Shown here: positions 7,516-16,044 of the stretch, in pieces
How positions within the stretch are numbered: position 1 is the stretch's first letter
Layout of the letters: each line of letters begins with the position of its first letter
Assembly: GCA_964390765.1 (NCBI GenBank)
Contig: CAYMLC010000004.1
Location: 1 to 27,892, forward strand
Direction of reading: 5' to 3'
Source: an uncultured Nitrospirales bacterium
GTDB taxonomy: Bacteria > Hydrogenedentota > Hydrogenedentia > Hydrogenedentales > JAGMZX01
DNA length: 27,892 nucleotides
The notes under the pieces: generated by a model
Seen by the model: the letters and a program-made list of their open reading frames with translations, nothing else
The model's database searches: none
Told to the model about the DNA's origin: nothing
Program-made: the position numbers and the translations under genes

Positions 7516-8442
7516 ATGCAATTTGCCGCCGCCAGCATTATCACCGTGCTGTTAATCCCCTACGTGGGTTGGGGCATCTACCTGCTGCGCATGCGCTTTC
7601 ACTACCGCGAGGAACTGCCCCCCTTGCTGGAGGCGGTCACGCTCGTGGCCGTTGGCGTGGCGCTCGCCATCGAGATCTACTTCCTCAACATGTGGCTGCA
7701 GGAAAGTGTCCTGCAACTGGTCTTTGCCGTGCTTGGCCTGGTGACCTCGGCCATGGCGCTATATGGTCACTTGCTCATCTCGCTGTTGTCACGCGCCATC
7801 GTGGGCATGATGGCGCCGCAGGAGCATATCGCCTCGGACCGGCCACGCCTCGGCCCGGTAGAAGCGCTCGAGCGCGCCGGCGAGTTGGATGCCGCGCTCA
7901 ACGAGTACCGCGTACTCGCGCGCATCTATCCGCACGACCCGTCGTTGCCGTGGCGTATTGCGGAGTTGCTGACGCAGTTGAGCCGCGAGACGGAGGCGCT
8001 GCCCTGGTATGAGCGCGCGATGCGCCGGGCGCACGGTGCGAAGGCGGTGGCGCGTGTGGTGCACCGCTATTGCGATGTGCTGCTGCACAAGGTGCAGCAG
8101 CCGCATCTGGCGGCCGACGCGTTGACGACCTTCTGCGAGCGCTTCCCCGAAACGCCCGAGGCCGCACAGGCCTATGTGCGTATGGCCCAACTGATGGCCG
8201 AGGCACCCGTCGCCAGTATGCGCGCCGACCGGCTGAGTGCGCTGGAAGAAGACCCCATGCGTGAGGACAGTGCGCCCGCCGAAGCGGTTCGGCCCGCGCC
8301 CCGGCTGCGGCTGGAAGAACTTGACCAGGACGAGGCACGCCGTCCCCCCCTGCCGCAGACACGCGAGGGCGAGCGGCCTTCGAGCATCATGCTGGAAGCC
8401 ATGGACGATGTGCCGGATGAGGAGCGCCCGCCGCGCGCCTAG
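7516..8442 (+). CDS. Membrane protein with three N-terminal TM helices, a TPR-like region and an acidic/Pro-rich tail
   Basis: Start placed at ATG 7516 (MQFAAASIITVLLIP...); three hydrophobic segments; TPR-like repeats 'GELDAALNEYRVLARIYPHD', 'EALPWYERAM', 'FCERFPETPEAAQA'. Confidence 0.7.
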   Translation: MQFAAASIITVLLIPYVGWGIYLLRMRFHYREELPPLLEAVTLVAVGVALAIEIYFLNMWLQESVLQLVFAVLGLVTSAMALYGHLLISLLSRAIVGMMAPQEHIASDRPRLGPVEALERAGELDAALNEYRVLARIYPHDPSLPWRIAELLTQLSRETEALPWYERAMRRAHGAKAVARVVHRYCDVLLHKVQQPHLAADALTTFCERFPETPEAAQAYVRMAQLMAEAPVASMRADRLSALEEDPMREDSAPAEAVRPAPRLRLEELDQDEARRPPLPQTREGERPSSIMLEAMDDVPDEERPPRA

Positions 8443-8505
8443 CGTGCCAAAGCACAGCGCGGCGCGTGCTGGCCTCGGGGCCGGCAGACCTGCGAGCCGA
8501 CTAAC

Positions 8506-8925
8506 CTACGGGCTGGCGTCGCCCGGCGCGGCCGGTACCAGCACACGCTTGCCGCCTGCCTCGCGTACGAGGTCCAGCACACTGATGAAGCCCTGGAACT
8601 GCGCCTCTCGGTCGGCCCGGATAACCAGCGTCGTCTCGGCGTCTTCGGCCAGCAGCGCGTCGACCCGCGTGCGCAGCGTCTCGAGGTCCACCTCTTCCTG
8701 CCCGGCGAAGATGGTGCCGTCGTCGCGCACGACGATCTCATACGGTTCGCGCTCCTGTGCGGTGGCCGTCTGTGCGGTGGGCAGGGCCACATCGATGCCG
8801 AATTCGCTGCGAAAGGTCGAGCTGACCATGAAGAAGATGAGCAGCAGAAACATCACATCGATGAGCGGCGTGATGTTAATGAGTGGGCGGCGGCGGGGCG
8901 TGTTGGTGCCGAAGGGGCCGGACAT
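8506..8925 (-). CDS. exbD: Biopolymer transport protein ExbD/TolR family
   Basis: 'INITPLIDVMFLLLIFFMVSSTF' TM motif with the conserved Asp; periplasmic 'LVIRADREAQFQGFISVLDLVREAG'. Confidence 0.92.
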   Translation of the reverse strand: MSGPFGTNTPRRRPLINITPLIDVMFLLLIFFMVSSTFRSEFGIDVALPTAQTATAQEREPYEIVVRDDGTIFAGQEEVDLETLRTRVDALLAEDAETTLVIRADREAQFQGFISVLDLVREAGGKRVLVPAAPGDASP

Positions 8926-9066
8926 GCGGATACTCCTGTCGATGCGCGGTCATTGTGCCGGGCGCGCTTCACCCAGGCCAACCCCTGACGCGGTTGGCAG
9001 TTTTCGTCTTTGTCAGGTACAGTTCGGGTAGACATGCGGAGCGGGTTCCGTAGTGGGAATGTCATA

Positions 9067-9999
9067 GTGGCTGCGTACCGGGTCTGTGTAGCCGACGACT
9101 GCCTCGAGGCGGCCGCGGTTCTTGTCGAAAATCTGAAGGTCAACGACTACGACGTCATTTCGGTGCAGACCGGTACCGAAGCACTCGAGGCGTGCCGCGC
9201 GCAGCGCTGCGACCTGATACTGCTGGACGTGAACCTGCCCGACATGGAGGGCTACGAGGTCTGCCAGCAGCTCAAGGATGACCCGGCCACACGCGATATC
9301 ATGGTCGTGTTCATCACCGTGAAGAACTCCGAGGCCGATGTGCAGCGGGGCTATGATCTGGGCGCGGTCGACTATATCGCCAAGCCGTACAACCTGCCCA
9401 TCGTGATGCTGCGTATCGACGCGGTGATGCAGAGCCAGCAGCACCCCGAGCGGCAGGTGGCCGACAACATGGCCCCGTTCGACGAAGCCTACACCGATCA
9501 GGTGACAGGCCTGCGCAACCGGCGCTTTCTGATGGAGCGCTTCCAGGAAGAGGTCGACAAGGCCAAACGCTACAAGCATCCCGTGTCGCTGGTGATGCTG
9601 GATGTCGACGAGGTACTGCCGGTCGACGACGAGCGCGGCGCCGCGCCGCTCGACGACTTGCTGGTCGAGGTGGCCATGGCCATGCGGGCGCACTCGCGCA
9701 CCTACGACATCCTGGCGCGCTTCGATGGTGCCCTCTTCGCTGCGGTCCTGCCCCACGCCAGACTCGACGACGCGAACACCTACGCCAAGAAGATTTCGGC
9801 TGAACTGGACAGTATAACCTTCAGCGAGCCCAGCTTTCCCACGCGTACTGGGCTCAGCATCTCCGTGGTGGCGGGCTCGAACGGGCACGCCTACGAAGCG
9901 GAGAGCCTGATCAACGAGGCGATGCGCGGTCTGCTGGAGGCCAAGAGCCGCCCAACGCACCGCATGACCAGCCGCGAATACGCCGGTCCCGCCAGCTAG
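9067..9999 (+). CDS. Response regulator with receiver domain and degenerate GGDEF domain
   Basis: Receiver: ADD, LLDVNLP (phospho-Asp), FIT, DYIAKP. GGDEF scaffold 'TDQVTGLRNRRFL...SLVMLDVD' but the active site reads RFDGALF. Start placed at GTG 9067 (GGGA RBS). Confidence 0.85.
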   Translation: MAAYRVCVADDCLEAAAVLVENLKVNDYDVISVQTGTEALEACRAQRCDLILLDVNLPDMEGYEVCQQLKDDPATRDIMVVFITVKNSEADVQRGYDLGAVDYIAKPYNLPIVMLRIDAVMQSQQHPERQVADNMAPFDEAYTDQVTGLRNRRFLMERFQEEVDKAKRYKHPVSLVMLDVDEVLPVDDERGAAPLDDLLVEVAMAMRAHSRTYDILARFDGALFAAVLPHARLDDANTYAKKISAELDSITFSEPSFPTRTGLSISVVAGSNGHAYEAESLINEAMRGLLEAKSRPTHRMTSREYAGPAS

Positions 10000-10029
10000 C
10001 CCCACCGGCCAGCCGCCGCCGCGGCGCAT

Positions 10030-10058
10030 TTGACACCGCCGGCGTTATTCGTCAGTCT
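10030..10058 (+). promoter_or_regulatory. Putative sigma-70-type promoter for the SGNH hydrolase gene
   Basis: Perfect TTGACA-17 nt-CAGTCT. Confidence 0.35.
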
Positions 10059-10163
10059 CCCGCACACGCTCGTTGTGCCAATCAGTTTCCAGCACATGAA
10101 TCGGCCTTGACCAATCACCCTGACTATCTATTGTTGCAACGAATTATAGGACGGAGTTTCTCG

Positions 10164-10997
10164 ATGCGTCGTGTACTGCCAGCTTTTCTGTCTCTCGCAC
10201 TACTGCTCACCATGGCGGCCCAGCCAGCAGCGGCCGATGAACCACGCATCCTGCTCGTAGGCGACAGCTGGGCCTGGTTCATGCACATCAACGGCTCTTT
10301 CGAGCGCGCCTTCAATGCGCGCGGCATCGAGGGCATCGGCGTCGAGGGCTCCTTCACGACCGTACCCGGCAGCACGTCGGAGCAGTGGACGCAGGAGGCG
10401 TGGCTGGCGCAGATCACCAAGGCACTCGACGCCTTCCCCACGCTCGACATCGTGCATATCAGCCTGGGCGGCAATGACTTTCTGCGCGGCTGGACGCCGG
10501 ATATGCCGGTTGAAGAGCGCACCGCGCTGTTCCAGGGCGTGGTCGACGACCTCGAGATTATCGTGACGCTTATCCACAAGGTGCGTCCGGACATCCAGGT
10601 CGCCATCATCAACTACGACTACATCAACGCCACGCGCGGCGGTAGCACGCTGCAGCAATTGAACCGTGCCGGGCAGATACTCGCCGGCATGAAGCGCGAC
10701 CTGGCGATGCGCCTGCCGAACACGGACTATATCCAGAACTACGGGCTGATGCAGTACCACTTTGGTATCGACGACTTGCCCCCGAAGAGTGTGCCGTATC
10801 CCGGCAATGCACCGGACTATGACCCGTGGCCCGGCGGCGATGCGGACTACGGCAACCCAGCAACGGCGATGATGGACAATATTCATCTGAGCGTGCGCGG
10901 CTACCGCTTACTCGCCGAGCATTGCCTGGACGTGCGCTACAACGAGTGGCTGGGTCTGGACGAAACAGCGGTGGCGCAGGCGGCCGGCGTGGAATAG
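10164..10997 (+). CDS. Secreted SGNH/GDSL-family hydrolase
   Basis: Signal peptide MRRVLPAFLSLALLLTMAAQPAAA; block I GDSW, block III GGND, block V DNIH; GGAG RBS before ATG 10164. Confidence 0.85.
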   Translation: MRRVLPAFLSLALLLTMAAQPAAADEPRILLVGDSWAWFMHINGSFERAFNARGIEGIGVEGSFTTVPGSTSEQWTQEAWLAQITKALDAFPTLDIVHISLGGNDFLRGWTPDMPVEERTALFQGVVDDLEIIVTLIHKVRPDIQVAIINYDYINATRGGSTLQQLNRAGQILAGMKRDLAMRLPNTDYIQNYGLMQYHFGIDDLPPKSVPYPGNAPDYDPWPGGDADYGNPATAMMDNIHLSVRGYRLLAEHCLDVRYNEWLGLDETAVAQAAGVE

Positions 10998-11061
10998 CCG
11001 CGGTATGGCGGTACCGCGCGGCTTGCACCGCGGGGTGTTGTGCCTCTAGCGTAGACGCGTC

Positions 11062-11589
11062 ATGGACGTAACGTGCCCGCACTGCAACCGCGTACTGCAG
11101 ATTCCCGAAGAGATGGCCGGCCAGTCTGGCACGTGCCGCCATTGCGGCGAGAAGTTGACTGTGCCCGCGCCGCCACCGCAGTCCGCAGCCACCTCCATCG
11201 ACGCCTTGCGTGAAGCGCCCGACCCGGCGCCGGGCCGCATCGAGCCGGAGTCGTTCGGCGCGTACAGCAAGGCGGACTCGGCCAACTGGGAAGACCCCTC
11301 CGAGAAAGCAGCGGCCCAGGCCGCCGCGCACGAAGAGGAAGAGGCGGTCGAATTGCCGGAGGTGCCGGAGGAGATTCTGGCCAGGGCCCGCGCATTGAAG
11401 CGGCAACGCATGAAGCAGATCGCGTTCTACGTGGCGATCGCGCTGGCGGTGGCGCTGCTGGTGTCGCCGCTCTTGCTGGCCCCCTTCATCCGCGGTGCCG
11501 AGGAGCCCGAGAGCACGCCAGCGACGGCGACGGAAGAGGCGGTGGACCTGCCGGGCGCTGATCCCCCGAGCGCGCCCGAAGCGCCCTAG
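11062..11589 (+). CDS. Zinc-ribbon (CxxC...CxxC) protein with single TM helix
   Basis: 'CPHC...CRHC' at the N-terminus, Pro/Glu-rich linker, TM 'IAFYVAIALAVALLVSPLLLAPFI'. Confidence 0.75.
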   Translation: MDVTCPHCNRVLQIPEEMAGQSGTCRHCGEKLTVPAPPPQSAATSIDALREAPDPAPGRIEPESFGAYSKADSANWEDPSEKAAAQAAAHEEEEAVELPEVPEEILARARALKRQRMKQIAFYVAIALAVALLVSPLLLAPFIRGAEEPESTPATATEEAVDLPGADPPSAPEAP

Positions 11590-12893
11590 CTGCCCGCGCC
11601 GGGTATCGCCTCGCGCATACGCTCGATGGCGCGCCGCCCGATATCGGTGCGGTAGTGCGCGCCCTCAAACGCGATGTCGCCAACGCCATGGTAGGCCTGC
11701 GCCTGCGCACGCTGCAGGCTGCTGGACTGCGCGGTCACACACAGTACGCGCCCGCCGCCGGTCACCAGTTGGCCATCTTCCTCAGCCGTGCCGGCATGGA
11801 AGACGCGCACCCCTTCGCGCCGCTCGGCCTGCTCGATACCACGGATCGCCAGCCCCTTTTCGTAGTTGCCGGGGTAGCCCCCACTCGCCATGACCACGGT
11901 TACACAGGCGCCGCTGGCCGTGGTGGGCGCCCGCGCCGGCAAATGTCCTTCGGCACAGCCCAGCAGCAGGGGCAGCAGGTCGTCTTCGAGTAGGGGCAGA
12001 ACAACCTGGGTCTCGGGGTCGCCGAAGCGCACATTGAATTCGACCACTTGCGGACCGTCTGCGCCCAACATGAGCCCGGCGTAGAGCAGGCCGCGGTAGG
12101 GCGTGCCCGCCTGCGCCATGCCGGCCACCACCGGGTCGAGAATCCGGCGTTGCACCTCGGCCATGAGCGCGGGCGTGACCAGCGGCGCCGGCGCCACGGC
12201 TCCCATGCCGCCCGTGTTCGGGCCGCGGTCGTCGTCGAAGACCGGCTTGTGGTCCTGGCTGGCGACCAGGGGCACGGCGCGCTCGCCATCACACAGGGCA
12301 AACACCGACGCCTCCTCGCCTTCGAGGTACGCCTCGACCACCAGTTCGCGGCCGGCCGCGCCAAAGGCGCCGTCGACCAGGACCCGGTCGATAGCGGCCT
12401 CGGCCTCCGCCACCGTCGCGCAGACCGTGACGCCCTTGCCCGCCGCGAGGCCGTCTGCCTTGATGACGATGGGGGCGCCCTGTACGCGGACGTAGTCCCT
12501 GGCGCTTGCCGCGTCGCTGAACGCGGCGTAGCCGGCGGTCGGAATTCCGTGCTCCGCCATAAAGGCCTTGGCGAAGCGCTTGCTCCCTTCAAGCCGTGCC
12601 GCCGCGGCGCTGGGTCCGAAGGCGCGTATGCCGGCGGCCTCCAACGCGTCCACCAGTCCGGCGGCCAGCGGGTCTTCCGGCCCCACCACCACCAGCCGCA
12701 CGGCGTGCTCCTTCGCGGCGGCCACGAGTGCGGCGCTGTCACCCGCGGCAATCGGCAGGCACTGGCCCTTTGCCAGCGACGCGATGCCCGGGTTGCCGGG
12801 CGCGGCGTATACGGTTTCAACCTGCGCACTCTGTGCGAGCTTCCAGGCGAGCGCGTGCTCGCGCCCGCCGCCCCCGACGACCAAGACCTTCAT
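11586..12893 (-). CDS. purD: Phosphoribosylamine--glycine ligase (GAR synthetase)
   Basis: MKVLVVGGGGREHALAWKL, GPEDPL, LEGSK, KADGLAAGKGV, QDHK, GPNTGGMGA, EFNVRFGDPETQ, GGRVL. True start ATG 12893. Confidence 0.97.
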   Translation of the reverse strand: MKVLVVGGGGREHALAWKLAQSAQVETVYAAPGNPGIASLAKGQCLPIAAGDSAALVAAAKEHAVRLVVVGPEDPLAAGLVDALEAAGIRAFGPSAAAARLEGSKRFAKAFMAEHGIPTAGYAAFSDAASARDYVRVQGAPIVIKADGLAAGKGVTVCATVAEAEAAIDRVLVDGAFGAAGRELVVEAYLEGEEASVFALCDGERAVPLVASQDHKPVFDDDRGPNTGGMGAVAPAPLVTPALMAEVQRRILDPVVAGMAQAGTPYRGLLYAGLMLGADGPQVVEFNVRFGDPETQVVLPLLEDDLLPLLLGCAEGHLPARAPTTASGACVTVVMASGGYPGNYEKGLAIRGIEQAERREGVRVFHAGTAEEDGQLVTGGGRVLCVTAQSSSLQRAQAQAYHGVGDIAFEGAHYRTDIGRRAIERMREAIPGAGS

Positions 12894-12954
12894 GACAACT
12901 TCCCTGTTGTTCGCCCGTTGTGCGGATTGCGTTGCGGCAACGTGGCTACGGTCG

Positions 12955-13560
12955 CTATTGCGCGGGCGCTTCCCGCCGCTGCAGAAAGGCGGCCAGTGCG
13001 GTGTCATACGCGACCAGCCGCTCGAAGGCCTCGACGGCCAGCCGGTAGCGCATGGCGTAGGGCACCACGCCGTCGTGCGCGCGCAAGGCGTGCAGAATCT
13101 TCGTGTAGTGTGCGGGCTCCGGCACCGGGGTGACGAACCGAAAATTCTTGGCCGCCGAGCGCAGCATGGCCGCCCCACCGATATCCACCAGTTCCATGGC
13201 TTCGTCGACCTGCAGGTCCTCGCGTTCGAAGTACTCGTCGAGCGGCTGTAGATTGACCACGGCCAGGTCGATCCAGTGCATGCCGTGTGCCTGCAATTGT
13301 TCGGTGTGCAGCTTGTTGTCGCGAACGCCCAGCAGGCCGGCATGCACGTTGGGGTGCAGCGACTTGACGCGCCCCTCGAGTAACTCCGGCATGCCGGTGA
13401 AATCGGCCAGGCTCTGCGCCGGAATTCCCGCATCGCGCAGGGTATGCAGCGTGCCCGAGGTACTGACCAGGGCCACGCCCATCTCGGTCAGCGCCTGGGC
13501 AAAGGGCACCAGCCCGCTCTTGTCGTAACAGCTCAATACCGCGCGTTGAATCGGCTGCAT
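12955..13560 (-). CDS. Stand-alone PurH N-terminal (MGS-like/IMP cyclohydrolase) domain protein; no AICAR transformylase domain
   Basis: 201 aa from ATG 13560 (GGAAGG RBS): 'RAVLSCYDKSG', 'STSGT', 'GRVKSLHP', 'VVNLQPL', 'DIGGAAMLRSAAKN', 'AFERLVAYD'; stops 61 bp before purD. Confidence 0.85.
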   Translation of the reverse strand: MQPIQRAVLSCYDKSGLVPFAQALTEMGVALVSTSGTLHTLRDAGIPAQSLADFTGMPELLEGRVKSLHPNVHAGLLGVRDNKLHTEQLQAHGMHWIDLAVVNLQPLDEYFEREDLQVDEAMELVDIGGAAMLRSAAKNFRFVTPVPEPAHYTKILHALRAHDGVVPYAMRYRLAVEAFERLVAYDTALAAFLQRREAPAQ

Positions 13561-13670
13561 ACGCGCGCATCCTTCCAGTTCACTCACAACCCCAATCGTT
13601 GGAGGATCGCGCATGATACGGGTTGGGTGCGTTGATGTCGAGTGGTGCGCGCCGTATGCTGGAGGGGCTT

Positions 13671-14696
13671 ATGGCCAAGCCGAAAAAACATACGCCACGC
13701 GGCGACTACAAGGCGCTCTATCATGAACTGCAGCGGCTACGCCAGGAGGTCGAGCGGCTGTCGACCTTGCGCGAGATTGGCTTCGCGACCAACAGCTCGC
13801 TGCAACTGGAAGAGGCGCTGCCCCTGATTGCGACGGTGGTACAGGGGGCGCTTGAAGTACCGAAGGTCACCATCTACGCGCTGGAAGGCGGGCGCCTGCG
13901 CCCGGTGGTGGCCCGTCACGGCAACGACCTCATCTCGGCGGAACGGCTCGCCGAGGAGTCGGTGCCGCGTGAGCGCAAGCCCTTCGCCCAGGCCATCGAG
14001 ACCAGCGCTGTGCAGTGGCAGAGACAGGCGAGCCGTCAGGCGGCCTACGTGCCCCTGGTCGCCAAGTACGAGGTCGAAGGCGTGATGCTGCTCGAGTTGC
14101 CCGGCGATGCGGAGGTGCTGCCGGAGGAAGACTTTCTGCTGCAGGTGGCCGCGCACGTGAGCGTGGCGATGAACAATGCGCGGCTCTATGCCATGGCCGT
14201 AACCGACGGGTTGACGGGCCTCTTTGTGCGGCGCTACTTCGACTTGCGCATGAGCGAGAGCTTCGACCTGGCGCGCCGCTATGGCCGTGTCTTCAGCGTG
14301 GTGCTGGCGGACATCGACCACTTCAAGCGCTTCAACGATACCTACGGCCACCAGACCGGCGACCAGGTACTGCGCGTGGTGGCCCGGACCATTGCCGAGA
14401 ACACGCGCCAGAGCGATATTGTGTGCCGCTACGGGGGCGAGGAAATCGCGGTGGTGATGCCGGAAACCGGGCTGCGTGCCGGGCGGCAACTGGCGGAAAA
14501 GCTGTGCACGCTGGTACGCGAGGCGCCGATTCAGGATGACGACGGCAACCCACTGAGCATTACGGCGAGCTTTGGCGTGGCCGCCTACGACCCGCGCTAC
14601 AGGCAGCCGGGCGACCTGGTAAAGGCTGCGGACAAGGCGCTCTATCAGGCCAAGGAGCACGGCCGCGACCGGGTGGTGGCCGCCTCGGAGACCTAG
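13671..14696 (+). CDS. Diguanylate cyclase (GAF + GGDEF)
   Basis: GGAGG RBS, ATG 13671; coiled-coil and GAF-like region; 'TDGLTGL', 'DIDHFKRFNDTYGHQTGD', I-site RQSD, active site RYGGEEI. Confidence 0.92.
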   Translation: MAKPKKHTPRGDYKALYHELQRLRQEVERLSTLREIGFATNSSLQLEEALPLIATVVQGALEVPKVTIYALEGGRLRPVVARHGNDLISAERLAEESVPRERKPFAQAIETSAVQWQRQASRQAAYVPLVAKYEVEGVMLLELPGDAEVLPEEDFLLQVAAHVSVAMNNARLYAMAVTDGLTGLFVRRYFDLRMSESFDLARRYGRVFSVVLADIDHFKRFNDTYGHQTGDQVLRVVARTIAENTRQSDIVCRYGGEEIAVVMPETGLRAGRQLAEKLCTLVREAPIQDDDGNPLSITASFGVAAYDPRYRQPGDLVKAADKALYQAKEHGRDRVVAASET

Positions 14697-14706
14697 GCTC
14701 GCTTGG

Positions 14707-14735
14707 TTGTGACTGGCGACTGTGCCTGCTAAGCT
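14707..14735 (+). promoter_or_regulatory. Putative extended -10 promoter for terB-like gene
   Basis: TTGTGA-17 nt-TAAGCT with a TG extension; ends 9 nt before the ATG, which has no SD sequence. Confidence 0.4.
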
Positions 14736-14744
14736 ACCGCCCCT

Positions 14745-15200
14745 ATGCTACGTAGAATTCTCGAGAGTCTGGCCGCGCCGCGCGATGAGTCGCAGCCGCC
14801 GCCCCGCCACAAGATTCCACTGGCCGTGTGTGCGTTGATGGTCGAGGCGGCCCGCGCCGACGACGACTTTACGGACGAAGAACGCCGCCACATCCTGGAT
14901 GTGTTGCAGGCCCGGTTCGGGCTCGACGATGACGCCGCGCAGGAATTGCTCGAACACGCCATCGGGGTGCAGGCGACCGCCACCGACACGCATCAGTTCA
15001 CGCGGGCGCTGAACGAGGGGCTCTCGGTCGACGAAAAGATCGAGGTGCTGGAAGAGGTCTGGCGCATTATTTACAGTGACGGTGCCCTGAGTGGGCGCGA
15101 AGACCATCTCGCGCATCAGTTGCGGGGCCTGATGAACCTGAACCACCCGCAGATGATTGCCGCCAAGATGAAGGTGATCGAAGAGATTCGCGGCACATGA
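14745..15200 (+). CDS. TerB-family (tellurite resistance-like) protein
   Basis: 'ALMVEAARADDDFTDEERRHI...FGLD...KIEVLEEVWRIIYSDGALSGRE' is the two-repeat TerB pattern. Confidence 0.85.
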   Translation: MLRRILESLAAPRDESQPPPRHKIPLAVCALMVEAARADDDFTDEERRHILDVLQARFGLDDDAAQELLEHAIGVQATATDTHQFTRALNEGLSVDEKIEVLEEVWRIIYSDGALSGREDHLAHQLRGLMNLNHPQMIAAKMKVIEEIRGT

Positions 15201-15238
15201 AACCCCGCGTGCCGCGGCGTGGCTAGTTGGGGAGGGCC

Positions 15239-16024
15239 ATGCGCGAGCTGGAATTCATTCAGAAGTTCCTCGAAGCCAATGTCGGCTATGTACAAGAGAA
15301 GTACGCCGGCCGCGATGCGCTGACGGTAACGACGAAGTCCGACCCCAACGATTTACTGACCGAGGTCGACCTGACGCTGCAGAAGCGCGCGGTGGACGCC
15401 ATTGAGGAACAATTCCCGGGCGACCGCTTCGTGGGCGAGGAGGGCAGTGCCAGCACCCTGCCGCGCGAACCCAGTGGCCGCTGCTGGGTGATGGACCCCA
15501 TCGACGGCACGAACAACTTCGTGCGCGGCCTCTTCCCCATTTTCGGTATTTCACTCGCCTTTGCCCTGAACGGCGAGGCCGTGGCCGGCGGCATCGCGTT
15601 GCCCGCACGCGAAGAGATCTACCTCGCCGGGCGCAACCTGGGCGCGACGCGCAACGGCGTGGAACTGCGCGTGTCGGCCTGCCAACACCTTGAAGAAGCG
15701 CGGCTCGACCTCGATTTCAGTGGTCAGCCCGAACGCATTGCCATGGTGCAGCGTGCCTCGCGTCTGCTCTACGGCGTTGGTTCGGTGCGCTCGTACGGCT
15801 CAGCGGTCGCCTCGCTGGCCCAACTGGCCAGTGGCGACATCGACGCCTATGTGCACATGGGGCTCAATGCGTGGGACTTCGCGGCCGGGCAGGTGCTGGT
15901 GGAAGAGGCGGGCGGCATGGCAACCCGGATCGACGGGCGTACCCTGCGCCTGTTCGATGCAAAGGACGGCGTGGTCTTCAGCAACGGCGCGCTGCATAGC
16001 CAGTGCACGGGGCTGATTCAGTAG
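15239..16024 (+). CDS. Inositol monophosphatase family protein (SuhB/HisN-like)
   Basis: LTEVD, FVGEE, WVMDPIDGTNNF, RSYGSA, WDFAAG; GGAGG RBS before ATG 15239. Confidence 0.92.
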   Translation: MRELEFIQKFLEANVGYVQEKYAGRDALTVTTKSDPNDLLTEVDLTLQKRAVDAIEEQFPGDRFVGEEGSASTLPREPSGRCWVMDPIDGTNNFVRGLFPIFGISLAFALNGEAVAGGIALPAREEIYLAGRNLGATRNGVELRVSACQHLEEARLDLDFSGQPERIAMVQRASRLLYGVGSVRSYGSAVASLAQLASGDIDAYVHMGLNAWDFAAGQVLVEEAGGMATRIDGRTLRLFDAKDGVVFSNGALHSQCTGLIQ

Positions 16025-16044
16025 GGCGCTTGCACGCGGTTGGA

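Noticed and set aside
12894-13433. N-terminal extension of the purD ORF in the track, which could suggest a purH-purD fusion or frameshift
   Set aside because: The extension has no PurH similarity; the PurH-like domain is in a different frame with its own stop, and purD has its own RBS and ATG.
13561-13670. Looked for a purine or ZTP riboswitch upstream of the purH-like gene
   Set aside because: No riboswitch consensus is visible in this 110-bp divergent spacer.
14709-14718. GTGACTGGCG, resembling the start of the ZTP (pfl) riboswitch, in a purine-gene-rich window
   Set aside because: The following conserved stem and pseudoknot elements are absent, the spacer is only about 48 bp, and the sequence is the -35/spacer of a plausible terB promoter.
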